Source of the DNA: an uncultured Anaerolineaceae bacterium
GTDB lineage: Bacteria > Chloroflexota > Anaerolineae > Anaerolineales > E44-bin32
Length of the DNA: 64,000 nucleotides
Assembly (NCBI GenBank): GCA_964492745.1
Contig: CAZBLT010000008.1
Location: 8,239 to 72,238, forward strand
Direction of reading: 5' to 3'
In this document: piece by piece, positions 27,346 through 36,600 of the stretch
Position numbering within the stretch: the first letter of the stretch is position 1
Layout: each line of letters opens with the position of its first letter
Program-made: the position numbers and the translations under genes
The notes under the pieces: model-generated
Told to the model about the DNA's origin: nothing
The model's input: the letters and a program-made list of their open reading frames with translations, nothing else
Database searches by the model: none

Positions 27346-28824
27346 ATGAAAAGCTTGCGCTCACGTATCGCGATGGCCACGCTAGCGCTCTCAACGCTCG
27401 CGGCGGCCTGCAATTGGTTTGCCGAGACCCCCGCGCCTGTCTCGGCCACGTTGCCCGCTGAGGCCGCCGAAACCAGCCTCGCACTGACGGTCTACAATCA
27501 GGGCAGCGCGCTTGTGCGCGACCGGCGCCGCTTCACCTTCCAGGAGGGCTTTAACGAGATCGCCTTCTCGGACGTCGCCGCCTCGATTGATCCCACCAGT
27601 GTGCTATTCAAGTCACTAAGCGACGGCCATGGGTTGGCAGTCCTGGAACAGAACTATGAGTATGACCTGGTGAACACTTCCGCTCTCTACGAGAAATACC
27701 TGGGCGAGAGGATCTCCGTGATCACCGAGGACGGCAGCCAATACGACGGGACGCTCCTGAGCGTTCAAGGGGGCATCATCTTGCAGGGTGAGAGCGGCGA
27801 GGTGAAAGTCATCAGCGGAAACGTCCAGGAAGTCTCCTTCCCAGAGCTGCCAGACGGGTTGATCACTAAGCCCACGCTGGTTTGGCATCTGCTCGCCGAC
27901 CGGGGAGGGCCCCAAGATGTGGAAATCACCTACCTCACCGGGGGACTCTCCTGGCAATCGGATTATGTGGTGCTCCTAGCCAGCGACGAGAAATCGCTGG
28001 ATCTGGATGGCTGGGTCACGCTTAGCAATACCAGCGGCACCTCCTATCAAGACGCCCAACTGAAGCTTATCGCCGGCGACCTGCAACGACTGCCCGAGCC
28101 AGGCTTCGGGGGGGACGTGATGGCCTTCGAAGAAATGGAGCGCGCCGCGATTGCGCCGGTGGAGCAGCGCGAGTTCTTCGAGTATCACCTCTATGAAGTG
28201 CCCCGGCCGGTCTCGGTGAAGGACAACGAGACCAAGCAGATCGAGTTCGTCTCGGTCGACGGGGTCCCATCCGAGAAGTTCTTCGTCTATGACGGTCTTC
28301 AATGTCGGAATAATTACTGGTACTGCAATGTCTACGGTTACCCGCAGACCGATCCTTCCTACGGCGTGGCCTCCAACCCGAAGGTCATGGTGATGCTCGA
28401 GTTCGACACCGATGAGGTAGACGCCGACCTGCCGCGCGGCAGGGTGCGGGTCTACCAGGAGGACGTCGACGGAGCCGCCCTGCTCATCGGCGAGGATAAT
28501 ATCGATCACACGCCCAAGGGCGAATCCTTGCGCCTCTACATCGGCGACGCCTTCGACATCGTCGGGGAGCGCGTGCAGACCGATTTCCGTCGCCCCAGCG
28601 AGAAGCGCCTCGAGGAGGAGTTTGAGATCACGCTGCGCAACCACAAGGACGAGAGTGTGGAGGTGCGGGTTGTGGAGCATCTCTTCCGCTGGAGCGAGTG
28701 GAAGATCCTGCATGCCAGCGAGGATTACACGCAATTGGACTCCTCCACCATCGAATTTCGGGTCCGCATCCCGGCCAACGGCGAGACCACGCTCAGCTAT
28801 GGCGTGCGCTACTTCTGGCCCTAG
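27346..28824 (+). CDS. DUF4139-like lipoprotein
   Basis: Lipoprotein signal MKSLRSRIAMATLALSTLAAAC. LTVYNQGSALVRDRRRFTFQEGFNEIAFSDVAASIDPTSV is typical of DUF4139 proteins, from memory. AAGGAGG lies before ATG 27346. Confidence 0.6.
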   Translation: MKSLRSRIAMATLALSTLAAACNWFAETPAPVSATLPAEAAETSLALTVYNQGSALVRDRRRFTFQEGFNEIAFSDVAASIDPTSVLFKSLSDGHGLAVLEQNYEYDLVNTSALYEKYLGERISVITEDGSQYDGTLLSVQGGIILQGESGEVKVISGNVQEVSFPELPDGLITKPTLVWHLLADRGGPQDVEITYLTGGLSWQSDYVVLLASDEKSLDLDGWVTLSNTSGTSYQDAQLKLIAGDLQRLPEPGFGGDVMAFEEMERAAIAPVEQREFFEYHLYEVPRPVSVKDNETKQIEFVSVDGVPSEKFFVYDGLQCRNNYWYCNVYGYPQTDPSYGVASNPKVMVMLEFDTDEVDADLPRGRVRVYQEDVDGAALLIGEDNIDHTPKGESLRLYIGDAFDIVGERVQTDFRRPSEKRLEEEFEITLRNHKDESVEVRVVEHLFRWSEWKILHASEDYTQLDSSTIEFRVRIPANGETTLSYGVRYFWP

Positions 28825-28844
28825 ACTCTGATTTGGACGCGCAG

Positions 28845-28876
28845 GGCGGGCTGCCTGAAGCAGGCAGCCCGCCTTT
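28845..28876 (+). terminator. terminator-like hairpin after the DUF4139 gene
   Basis: 13-bp stem GGCGGGCTGCCTG/CAGGCAGCCCGCC, loop AAG, then only TTT. Confidence 0.5.
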
Positions 28877-28921
28877 CGCGTGCATCGCAGCGGGGCTTGA
28901 GCCCCCAAGACACTCCTGCGC

Positions 28922-29815
28922 TCAGCGCACCCGCACCGCGCCAATCCCCAGATCGACGGACACCTCAATGTGAGACGGGGCAGCATCATAGCCGGGCGAG
29001 ACGAAGACCTCATCTCGCGCCTCAAAATCTGCCGGCAAGTCGACCGGGCCGATGCCGGTATCTGCCCGCAAGCGCACGCCCACGCCCTCGGGGATTCTCA
29101 GGCGGATATCGCCGATGCCGCCATCAACCTGCAGACGCGCTCCATCCACGCTGGGAAGCCAGATCGTCGTCTCTCCCAGGCCATTGTGCACTTCGGCTTG
29201 ATGAATGTTGAGCTGCCGCAGGTCGACCTCGAGCCGTCCGGTCCCTAGTTCCAGGCTCAGCTCCACCGGAATCGCGCCGCTTAGCCCAAGATCCCAGGAA
29301 GGGCCGAGGCCAGAACCCAGGATGGAAAGCGACTCCCACCCCCGGCCATCCAGCCTCACCTCCAGGCGTCTAACCCCCTGGACTGAACGCTCAGCCTCGA
29401 TTGCACACGGCGGATGACACCTGCCTTCGATCAGATCCCGGTTTCCTTCCGTGAGACCCCCCAGCCGCACCCAGCCCAACTCCGGCCGCAAATAGACCGT
29501 CGCCTCCTCGGCGCCTTCGAGCGGGACCTCAACCTCTTGTCCTGCGATGGGGCTTGAGGGAGGTGATCCGATCAGCATCAGGCTTCCTGCTACGAGCGCT
29601 GCGACCAGCACCACCGTCAAAAGGGCACCCCAGGCCGATCTCCGCCCCAGGGCCAGATCCAGGCCTGCGGCGATTAGCAGCACAGGCCAAAGCCGCGCCG
29701 CCAACTGCCAGAGGCTGATGTGCACCCAGCCCATGTTGTGGAGGAGAAAGTAAATTCCCAGGCCAATGAGCAACAACGGGCCTAACACACCCGACCTTGA
29801 TCTTGTTTGGGACAT
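28922..29815 (-). CDS. LiaF-like membrane protein (N-terminal TM region plus DUF4097/toastrack-like C-domain)
   Basis: GPLLLIGLGIYFLL..LWPVLLIAAGLDLAL is a TM repeat followed by a beta-rich C-domain. Starts 4 nt after the PspC gene. Confidence 0.5.
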   Translation of the reverse strand: MSQTRSRSGVLGPLLLIGLGIYFLLHNMGWVHISLWQLAARLWPVLLIAAGLDLALGRRSAWGALLTVVLVAALVAGSLMLIGSPPSSPIAGQEVEVPLEGAEEATVYLRPELGWVRLGGLTEGNRDLIEGRCHPPCAIEAERSVQGVRRLEVRLDGRGWESLSILGSGLGPSWDLGLSGAIPVELSLELGTGRLEVDLRQLNIHQAEVHNGLGETTIWLPSVDGARLQVDGGIGDIRLRIPEGVGVRLRADTGIGPVDLPADFEARDEVFVSPGYDAAPSHIEVSVDLGIGAVRVR

Positions 29816-29819
29816 AAGC

Positions 29820-30287
29820 CTAGCCTCCTCGCGCCTGGCGGAGCAACAAAGCCACCCCGGCGACGATCAGCAGGAGAGGCCACAACAGGTTCAACCGAAA
29901 CCACGCTAACCAGCTCAAGTTCAGACGTTCAAGCAGGAGCAGAGAGCCGATCACTACCAGGCCTCCGCCCACGATCCAAGCCACTCGTTCGTCTCGCGCC
30001 GAAACTCCTTCACGAATCTCTTTGCTCATCGTGCGGGCCCTCTCGGCGATCTCCTCCGCGCCTTCCTGAATGGTCTCTTCCATCCGCCCCGGCCGCTCGG
30101 ACCCCTCCACCGGGATCAGCAACCAGAGCAGAAGGTATAGCATCACGCCGATCCCCTCGCCGAAGGTGAGCAAGACAAAGAAGAGCCTCACCAGCATGGG
30201 ATCGATGCCCAGGTATTCACCCAGCCCGCCGCAGACGCCGCCGAGCATGCGATCGCTGCGGCTTCGCACCAGTCTCTTCCCTTGCAT
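29820..30287 (-). CDS. PspC domain protein
   Basis: LVRSRSDRMLGGVCGGLGEYLGIDPMLVRLFFVLL is the PspC signature. Confidence 0.8.
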   Translation of the reverse strand: MQGKRLVRSRSDRMLGGVCGGLGEYLGIDPMLVRLFFVLLTFGEGIGVMLYLLLWLLIPVEGSERPGRMEETIQEGAEEIAERARTMSKEIREGVSARDERVAWIVGGGLVVIGSLLLLERLNLSWLAWFRLNLLWPLLLIVAGVALLLRQARGG

Positions 30288-30408
30288 ACGGTCCTCCTCG
30301 AGAAGGCGCCCTAGCGCTGCACTTCATCTGCTATACGCCGTCATGGTCCTTCCGGTTTCATGCAATGGTTCGCTTTACATAATTATTGATACAGCTCGGA
30401 AGAAGTGT

Positions 30409-31305
30409 TTATTTCAAGGGTTCGCGGAAGTCGTAGATGCCATCCTGCAACCCCCAAACACGGCCGCACCCTCGGCATTCCTGCACCTTCCCGGAAGCCT
30501 CCAGATCGAGCGAGCCACAGACCGGGCAGCGCCAGATGGATCCTTCACGTGGCGCAACCCGCTCGCCCACGGCCCGTGCGCGTATGAATATGCTCGGCGT
30601 GAGTTGCCAAAGCCCGCCCGTCCACTGCGCCAGCGCGTCCAAACCCACCAACATCCCCAGCGGCACCCTGCGCTTCAGCCAGTCCAGCCGGAAGTGTGAG
30701 ACCGTCAATTGACGCTCAAGGTCGAAGCCGGCCTCCAGCAGCCAGCGCTGTATCTGCCGCGGGTGGAAGTTGAAATTCATATCGACGATCTCAACCGTCT
30801 CCCCTACGAAGGGATTCCAAGACTGGCGCCGCAACACCCAGCGCAAGATCGCCTTAAGATGACGCTTGCTGGCGAATTCGAGGATGAAGTCCCCGCCTGG
30901 AGTGAGAGCCTCCCGCACCTGGCGGAGCGCTCGCTGGGGATCCACCAAATGGTGCAGGGTGCGGATCATGGTTGCCGCGTCGAACGAAGAGGGCGCGAAG
31001 GGCAACCGATAGGCATCCCCAGCTACATAGACGTAGCGCTCGTCCAGCCCCAGCCGCGCCTGCGCCTTCTCGAGTTGCGTCCGAGAGTAATCCAGCAGAA
31101 CGATTTGCTCAAAGCCGTGATAGCGGGGGGTATTGCGACCGGCGCCGGCCCCCACTTCGAGCAATCTCGTCCCCTTGCGAGGCAGGAGCCGTTTGAGCGC
31201 GATGGCCTCGACGCGATCCTCATACTCGCGCCCGCCCTGCTCCCAGAAACTCTCCTGGTAACTGGATCCTTCGTAGTCGCAAATCGGTGGCTGTGCTTCG
31301 CTCAT
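30409..31305 (-). CDS. class I SAM-dependent methyltransferase with C-terminal zinc ribbon
   Basis: LLEVGAGAGRNT (motif I) and C-terminal CPVCGS..CRGCG. Confidence 0.75.
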   Translation of the reverse strand: MSEAQPPICDYEGSSYQESFWEQGGREYEDRVEAIALKRLLPRKGTRLLEVGAGAGRNTPRYHGFEQIVLLDYSRTQLEKAQARLGLDERYVYVAGDAYRLPFAPSSFDAATMIRTLHHLVDPQRALRQVREALTPGGDFILEFASKRHLKAILRWVLRRQSWNPFVGETVEIVDMNFNFHPRQIQRWLLEAGFDLERQLTVSHFRLDWLKRRVPLGMLVGLDALAQWTGGLWQLTPSIFIRARAVGERVAPREGSIWRCPVCGSLDLEASGKVQECRGCGRVWGLQDGIYDFREPLK

Positions 31306-31320
31306 CCCGCTTCACCATGG

Positions 31321-31345
31321 AAAGCCGGCCACCTCTGTGGCCGGC
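31321..31345 (-). terminator. terminator-like hairpin between the Zn-ribbon membrane gene and the methyltransferase gene
   Basis: On the minus strand: GCCGGCCAC AGAG GTGGCCGGC followed by TTT. Only 16 nt upstream of the methyltransferase ATG. Confidence 0.35.
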
Positions 31346-31387
31346 GGCGTTTGGCCCTTCTCATTGTACCCCGCGCACCCCGCCGCG

Positions 31388-32176
31388 TCACGTCCCCGCA
31401 GGGGGCTCCTGCTCGAAGCGAGATTCCTCCAGCAGCCGCCGCAAATCGGTTTCCCCCGGAGCAGGCATTTCTTCCCCCTCCGCCTGCAGGGCGCGATAGC
31501 GGGCCTCGGCCTCCTGCAGCCTCTGCCGGCTTGCGCGCGGGACGATCGACCACCGTCCACAATGCGGACAGCGCGAGAGCTTGCCGACCACCAGATTAGG
31601 CGCCCAGAACGGCCGGTCGAAGGGCAAGCCGCAGCGCGGGCATACTGCCCCGCCCGACAACCCATAGCGGCCGAGAACGAAATCACCTCGATCCCTCGCG
31701 AGAGCCCGCGTGATCAGCCATGCCGCCACGCTCAGGCCACCCACAGCCGCCAGCAAGATCCCCATCAATCGCGCTCCAGCCCGCCAGGCCTCCTCCGCGC
31801 TTAAGAAGTTGACCCGGATGGTTTGCGAGCGCAGCGTAAGCCCATCCTGCGTGTCCCCTTCGGCCCATATCTCATGGAGGCCGGTTTCGTACTCGCCCGT
31901 GCTGAAACGGAATTCAAATGGGGCCTCGGCGGCCGTCCCCATCATCTGCCCGTCCATGTAATAATTCACACGCAGCAATGGCACGGGTGCCTCCACCCGC
32001 AGGGTGAAGGCACCCTGGATCTCGCCCACGCCCCCGTAGCCAAAGCGCCGCTTCAGCCGTAGCTCGAGCCCGCCCTCCTCCTGTGCCGCTGCCTGCGGCG
32101 TCAGAGCCAGCATCAAGGGTGCCAGCAACAGCAAGGCCGCCAGCCTCGGGCCTAGGGTGTTTTTCTTCCCAGTCAT
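31388..32176 (-). CDS. secreted/membrane protein with one TM helix and a C-terminal double CxxC zinc ribbon
   Basis: Signal-like LAALLLLAPLMLALTPQAAAQ, a beta-rich domain, TM LMGILLAAVGGLSVAAWLI, then CPRCG..CPHCG. ATG 32176 overlaps the permease stop (ATGA). Confidence 0.55.
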   Translation of the reverse strand: MTGKKNTLGPRLAALLLLAPLMLALTPQAAAQEEGGLELRLKRRFGYGGVGEIQGAFTLRVEAPVPLLRVNYYMDGQMMGTAAEAPFEFRFSTGEYETGLHEIWAEGDTQDGLTLRSQTIRVNFLSAEEAWRAGARLMGILLAAVGGLSVAAWLITRALARDRGDFVLGRYGLSGGAVCPRCGLPFDRPFWAPNLVVGKLSRCPHCGRWSIVPRASRQRLQEAEARYRALQAEGEEMPAPGETDLRRLLEESRFEQEPPAGT

Positions 32177-32976
32177 TTCCACCTCGTCAGAATCGTTTCG
32201 CGCTGGAAAAGCTGGACGGCCAGCACCATCAGCACCGCATCCAGCAGCCCCACTCCCAGCGCCATCCAGAGCACCAGGGTTTGATCGACGAGAATAAGGC
32301 CAGAGATCTGCCCGAAGAACAAGCCCAGCAGCGGGAGAACCATCAGCATCGTGATTTGCTCCGCGGCGCGTGGCTCGTTGACCCTCGATGAGACCATCAC
32401 AGCCACGCATACAGCCGCCACGGCAAGCAAGGGTCCCACGACGAAGATGGCCACCAGCCATAGAGCGTCGAGCAGACGGACCAGGATCCCCGGCGCGCCG
32501 ATCGACGCCCCCGCCACGAAAACGCCGAATGCCAGCCAGGTGGCGCCAATTGCCGGCAGCGCCGCTGCGGCCGATTTCCCCACCAGCAGCTCCCAGGTCC
32601 TTATGGGCGTCGCCAGCAGGGGCTCCAGCGTGCGGGTGGTCTTCTCGCCCACGATGCTATAGGAAGCGATCGTCACCGGAATCGCCAGCGGCAGGAGCAT
32701 GAATAACAGCATGAACTGGCTCACCAGGAAGTACTGGGCGCAAGCCTCGCTGCCCAAGCCCTCGCAGAGGCGGGCAAACTGGGGTGGCATGTCCGTCTGA
32801 GCCAGACCCGCCAGGTCGCCTGAGCCCTGCATGGTGAACAGGATGACAAGCGGGATGGCCGTCAGCATCAGCGGCATGAAGACCACCGTGAAGAGCACAA
32901 AGCGATGCTTGAATACCTCACGCCATTCCTTCGCGATGATGACCCGGATCTTTCGCACGACGCACCTCACCTTCAA
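32173..32976 (-). CDS. ABC-2 type transporter permease
   Basis: Six hydrophobic helices. Directly follows the ATPase gene. Confidence 0.75.
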   Translation of the reverse strand: MKVRCVVRKIRVIIAKEWREVFKHRFVLFTVVFMPLMLTAIPLVILFTMQGSGDLAGLAQTDMPPQFARLCEGLGSEACAQYFLVSQFMLLFMLLPLAIPVTIASYSIVGEKTTRTLEPLLATPIRTWELLVGKSAAAALPAIGATWLAFGVFVAGASIGAPGILVRLLDALWLVAIFVVGPLLAVAAVCVAVMVSSRVNEPRAAEQITMLMVLPLLGLFFGQISGLILVDQTLVLWMALGVGLLDAVLMVLAVQLFQRETILTRWK

Positions 32977-32981
32977 AGCCC

Positions 32982-33902
32982 TCAGGCCTCGGTTTGCTGC
33001 GGCTTGAGCAGGCGCAGATACACATCCTCCAGCGTCCGCCGGAGTTCGCCCACGAACTGGATGTCGGCCCCGGCCGCCACCAGTGCTCGGATCAGCGCCG
33101 GGTTCTCCCGCTCAGGGTCTTCAAGCGAGATCACCAGCTTGTTATCGACTGCCTCCACCCCTTGAACGCCCGGGTGGCGCTCGATGGCCTGGATGAAGGC
33201 CGGCTGCATGGTACGCAAATGAAACACTACCCTACGGCCATACAGGCGCTTCCGCAGCCCGGCCGGCGTATCGAGCGCCAGCATGCGGTTGTTGAAGACC
33301 GCGATGCGGTCACACAACCTATCGGCCTCGTCCAGGTTGTGGGTGCAGATGAAGATCGTGCGGCCTTCCTGCTTGAGCTCCGCGATGAAGGAACGGACGA
33401 GGCGCGCCATTTCCGGGTCCAAGCCGCTCGTGGGCTCGTCCAGGAATAGCACTTTGGGCTGATGCAGGAGCGCGCGGGCGATCGCTAGCTTCTGGCGCAT
33501 GCCTTTGGAAAGCGTGGCCGCCGGCTCGGATCGCCGCTCCCACAGGCCCAGCATGCGCAGGTAGCGCTCCACCTGGCCGACCACATCCTCCACTTCGTAC
33601 AGTTCGGCGAAGAAGGCAAGGTTGCGCTCGGCGCTTAGGCGATCATAAAGGCCGGGAGACTCGGTGAGGATGCCTACCTCACGCCGGATGGCCTCATCCT
33701 CACGTCCCAATTCATGGCCAGCCACCCTGGCCCAACCCCCGCTCGGCCGGATCAGGCCACCCAACATGCGGATGGTGGTGGTCTTGCCGGCCCCGTTAGG
33801 ACCCAGGAAGCCGAAAATCTCCCCTTCACCCACCGAAAGATCAAGCGACTCGACCGCCACGACCTCCCCGAATCTACGGCTCAGTCCTTTGGTCTCAATC
33901 AC
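32982..33902 (-). CDS. ABC transporter ATP-binding protein
   Basis: Walker A GPNGAGKTT, signature LSKGMRQK, Walker B LFLDEPTSGLD. Confidence 0.9.
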   Translation of the reverse strand: MIETKGLSRRFGEVVAVESLDLSVGEGEIFGFLGPNGAGKTTTIRMLGGLIRPSGGWARVAGHELGREDEAIRREVGILTESPGLYDRLSAERNLAFFAELYEVEDVVGQVERYLRMLGLWERRSEPAATLSKGMRQKLAIARALLHQPKVLFLDEPTSGLDPEMARLVRSFIAELKQEGRTIFICTHNLDEADRLCDRIAVFNNRMLALDTPAGLRKRLYGRRVVFHLRTMQPAFIQAIERHPGVQGVEAVDNKLVISLEDPERENPALIRALVAAGADIQFVGELRRTLEDVYLRLLKPQQTEA

Positions 33903-33922
33903 GTTTTACCCTCCGCATCGGA

Positions 33923-34771
33923 TTATTCCGCCAGGAAGCGGCTATCCTCCAGATCCGCCTGCTCCGGCACCTCCGTCTCCGTTTCCATCTCAGGCGGCGC
34001 AGGCAAGGGGCTCGGACCACTCTCTGGAACCAGCGGCGCCAGACGGCGGCGAATAGACAGGATGATCCCCAGGCTCACCAACGCCATCAGCATGACGATC
34101 CCTTCGGCCGGCAAGACGCCCCAGCGGCGAGAGGCATAGACCGCCAGCGCATCCAGCAAAGCATGCCAGCCAATTGCCGCAGCCAGCCAGACAGGCCTGC
34201 GCTCGCGAATCGCCAGCAATACTAAGAGGGCGGCGCTCAGATGCAGGGTCATGGCGCCGACCCGTTCGAGCGCACCCATGAGCGCCATACCGGGGGGCAT
34301 GTTCCAGTAGGCCTTCAGTTGCTCCTGCGCCAGGGCCAATTGCTCCGGCGGGACGAGTTGCGCCAGATAGCCCCTGCGCAAGGCCATCGCCTGCAGGAAT
34401 CCATAGAGCGCCAGCAAGCCGATGAGGATGGCCTCCGCACCCCCATGTCCGGCGCCGAAGAGCAGTCCTTGCCTCCAGTCGCGCGCCTTGCGAGCCCAGA
34501 ACGCCAGAGCCAGGTAACGCGCCAGGCCCTCGAAGGCGCCTGCCGAAAGCCCCAGCAGCGCTGCTCCCAACACTAGGGCACTGCCCTCCCCAAACCCCAG
34601 GGAAGCCAGGATGGGATTCAAGACCCAGGCGTTGAAGGGCAGATGGAGCACTTGGGAAGCGATGAACGAAACCGCCCCGACACCAAACAGACCCCAATCC
34701 AACCCGAATCGGCGCGTGAGGTAGATCGCCAACCCAAGGGGCAGGAGGATCATGAGCAGGGCGTTGAGCAA
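33923..34771 (-). CDS. YhfC-like intramembrane metalloprotease family protein
   Basis: Polytopic membrane protein with FGAGHGGAEAILIG. Assigned to the YhfC/DUF2324 family from memory. Confidence 0.5.
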   Translation of the reverse strand: MLNALLMILLPLGLAIYLTRRFGLDWGLFGVGAVSFIASQVLHLPFNAWVLNPILASLGFGEGSALVLGAALLGLSAGAFEGLARYLALAFWARKARDWRQGLLFGAGHGGAEAILIGLLALYGFLQAMALRRGYLAQLVPPEQLALAQEQLKAYWNMPPGMALMGALERVGAMTLHLSAALLVLLAIRERRPVWLAAAIGWHALLDALAVYASRRWGVLPAEGIVMLMALVSLGIILSIRRRLAPLVPESGPSPLPAPPEMETETEVPEQADLEDSRFLAE

Positions 34772-34866
34772 GTGAAAGAAGGCTAGCGCTCGATCCGTCT
34801 CCTTACGGCCAGAGCGCTCCTGACGTTCGGTCCCAGCCAGGCGCGCTCATCGCTTGCGGCGCGCAT

Positions 34867-34880
34867 GTTTCACGTGAAAC
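34867..34880. promoter_or_regulatory. perfect 14-bp palindrome GTTTCACGTGAAAC
   Basis: Self-complementary. Lies in the 121-nt gap between the DUF4177 gene and the YhfC-like gene. Confidence 0.4.
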
Positions 34881-34892
34881 CGCGGCTCGATT

Positions 34893-35129
34893 CTATCGCA
34901 TTCCCCAACTCTCGGCCCAGCTCGGCCGACGGCGGACGCTCGCTTGCTCGGTTTCGCCTTCCCCCCGCCGGAGCACGACGAAGAGTCGCTGGCTGTTACT
35001 AAGCCCCAGTACCTGCTCCAGGCGCCAGCCATCCTCGGCGGCGCGGTTCAGGAGCGCCTCCAGCTCTTCCGGCTTAGGGCTGCGCAGGCCACCCCCCAGC
35101 ACCTCGACCCGATATTCCAGCACCGACAT
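34893..35129 (-). CDS. DUF4177-like small protein
   Basis: MSVLEYRVEVLGGG..ELEALLNRAAEDGWRLEQV. Starts 3 nt after the SPFH gene. Confidence 0.5.
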   Translation of the reverse strand: MSVLEYRVEVLGGGLRSPKPEELEALLNRAAEDGWRLEQVLGLSNSQRLFVVLRRGEGETEQASVRRRPSWAESWGMR

Positions 35130-35132
35130 CGC

Positions 35133-36095
35133 CTACTCCCCTTCCGGCGCCGGTGGTGTGCCGGCAACCGCAGCCAGCGAGGTCATGCCCGTAAGACCCC
35201 CCAGATTCATCGTATCCACGGCGCTTGACGGGACGATCACCAGCGCGCCCTTATCCTTTAGCCCCTCAAAGAGCATGTTCATCGCCCGCAGGTGCAGGGC
35301 CGTCGGGTTCTCTTTGTAGGCCTCCGAGGCGTTGGCAAAGGACTGGGCGATCTGCTTCTCGGACTCGCCCAGGATGACCCGCGCCTGGCGCTCGCGCTCG
35401 GCCTGGGCTTGCCGACTCATGACATCCTCCAGTTCCTGCGGGATGACGATGTCACGGATTTCGACCGACTGCACCGTCACGCCCCAGGGCGTGGTTCGCT
35501 CGTCGATGATCTTCTGCAGATCTTTATCCATGCGGGCCCGTCCCACCAGGATATCCGCCAGATCCATCTGCCCGATCACCTCCCGTAGGGCAGTCTGGGC
35601 CGCCCAAGCAATTGCCACGCGATAATCCTCCACCTCCAGCGCCGCCTTCTCCGCATCCCAAACCAGCCAGAAGAGCACCGCGTCGACATCCACCGGCACG
35701 GTATCCTTGGTCAGCGTCTTCTCGGCCCGGAAGGGTGTCACCATCACGCGATGGTCGATCCATACAGGAATGCGGTCCACGATGGGGATCATCCAGAAAA
35801 CGCCGGGACCCCGCAGGCCGATGAAGCGGCCGAAACGCAGAACCACTGCCTTCTCCCATTGATCGGCGACCTTGAGGGCGAACAGGAGGTAGAGGCCCAG
35901 CAGGTTTATGCCGGTCACAACCCCCGCAATCCATCCTGAACGCATGTCCCGGGCAAACATGAACCAGCCTGCGGCGATTGAGACCAGCATCAGCACCAGC
36001 CAGAGCACCAGGGCGATGCCCGCAATCCGGATTGTCCCCCTTTCCGGCAGTCCATTTTTCTCTAAGAGTTCGCGCTGCTTGCTTGTTGCACTCAT
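35133..36095 (-). CDS. SPFH/Band 7 (stomatin-like) membrane protein
   Basis: QWEKAVVLRFGRFIGLRGPGVFWMIPIVD and TLTKDTVPVDVDAVLFW, followed by a coiled-coil AQAERERQARV. Confidence 0.85.
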   Translation of the reverse strand: MSATSKQRELLEKNGLPERGTIRIAGIALVLWLVLMLVSIAAGWFMFARDMRSGWIAGVVTGINLLGLYLLFALKVADQWEKAVVLRFGRFIGLRGPGVFWMIPIVDRIPVWIDHRVMVTPFRAEKTLTKDTVPVDVDAVLFWLVWDAEKAALEVEDYRVAIAWAAQTALREVIGQMDLADILVGRARMDKDLQKIIDERTTPWGVTVQSVEIRDIVIPQELEDVMSRQAQAERERQARVILGESEKQIAQSFANASEAYKENPTALHLRAMNMLFEGLKDKGALVIVPSSAVDTMNLGGLTGMTSLAAVAGTPPAPEGE

Positions 36096-36135
36096 GGGAT
36101 CCTCCCCAGCTTGAGATTCCAGCCTGTCGGCTGGT

Positions 36136-36546
36136 CTAGTTCACTTCCCCCGGTGGGCGCCCCTCCGCCCGCCAGCGATCTATGAAAGCCTCGGTCTTGG
36201 CCTGAACTTCGTCTGGAACGAAACCCATGCGAGCCGCGTCGGCCAGGAAGCTGCGCACCAACCCTTCGAGCGCCGCCTCGCGCAGACGCTCAGCCCGCTC
36301 CGGGGGCAGGGGCTCCAACACGAAGGTCCCCCGCCCCTGTTGGGTGGAAATCACACCCGCCTCGTCCAAGATGCGATATGCCCGCGCCACGGTGTTGAAG
36401 TTCACCCGCAACTCCGCCGCCAGCTGCCGCACGGTGGGGAGCTGGTCGCCTGGCTTGAGCACGCCTGTCGCCACCAGGTGTTTCACCCGGTCGACCAACT
36501 GCACATAGATGGGCACGTGGCTGCGGAAATCCAGGTCGGCAAACAT
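36136..36546 (-). CDS. GntR family (YtrA-like, short) transcriptional regulator
   Basis: VPIYVQLVDRVKHLVATGVLKPGDQLPTVRQLAAELRVNFNTVARAYRILDEAGVISTQQGRGTFV. 136 aa with no large effector domain. Confidence 0.85.
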   Translation of the reverse strand: MFADLDFRSHVPIYVQLVDRVKHLVATGVLKPGDQLPTVRQLAAELRVNFNTVARAYRILDEAGVISTQQGRGTFVLEPLPPERAERLREAALEGLVRSFLADAARMGFVPDEVQAKTEAFIDRWRAEGRPPGEVN

Positions 36547-36551
36547 GCAAT

Positions 36552-36600
36552 TTTGTACCTATTGTCTCATTGTATCTTTGTATTATTGTACTAATTGTAG
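36552..36600. repeat. six phased direct repeats [A/T]TTGT[A/C], 8-9 bp period
   Basis: TTGT starts at 36553, 36562, 36570, 36578, 36586 and 36595 (spacings 9,8,8,8,9). Confidence 0.8.

Noticed and set aside
36552-36600. Short repeat array considered as a CRISPR or tandem-repeat locus.
   Set aside because: The period is only 8-9 bp, there are no spacers, and the total length is about 50 bp inside a promoter and 5' UTR. It is treated as a regulatory repeat instead.
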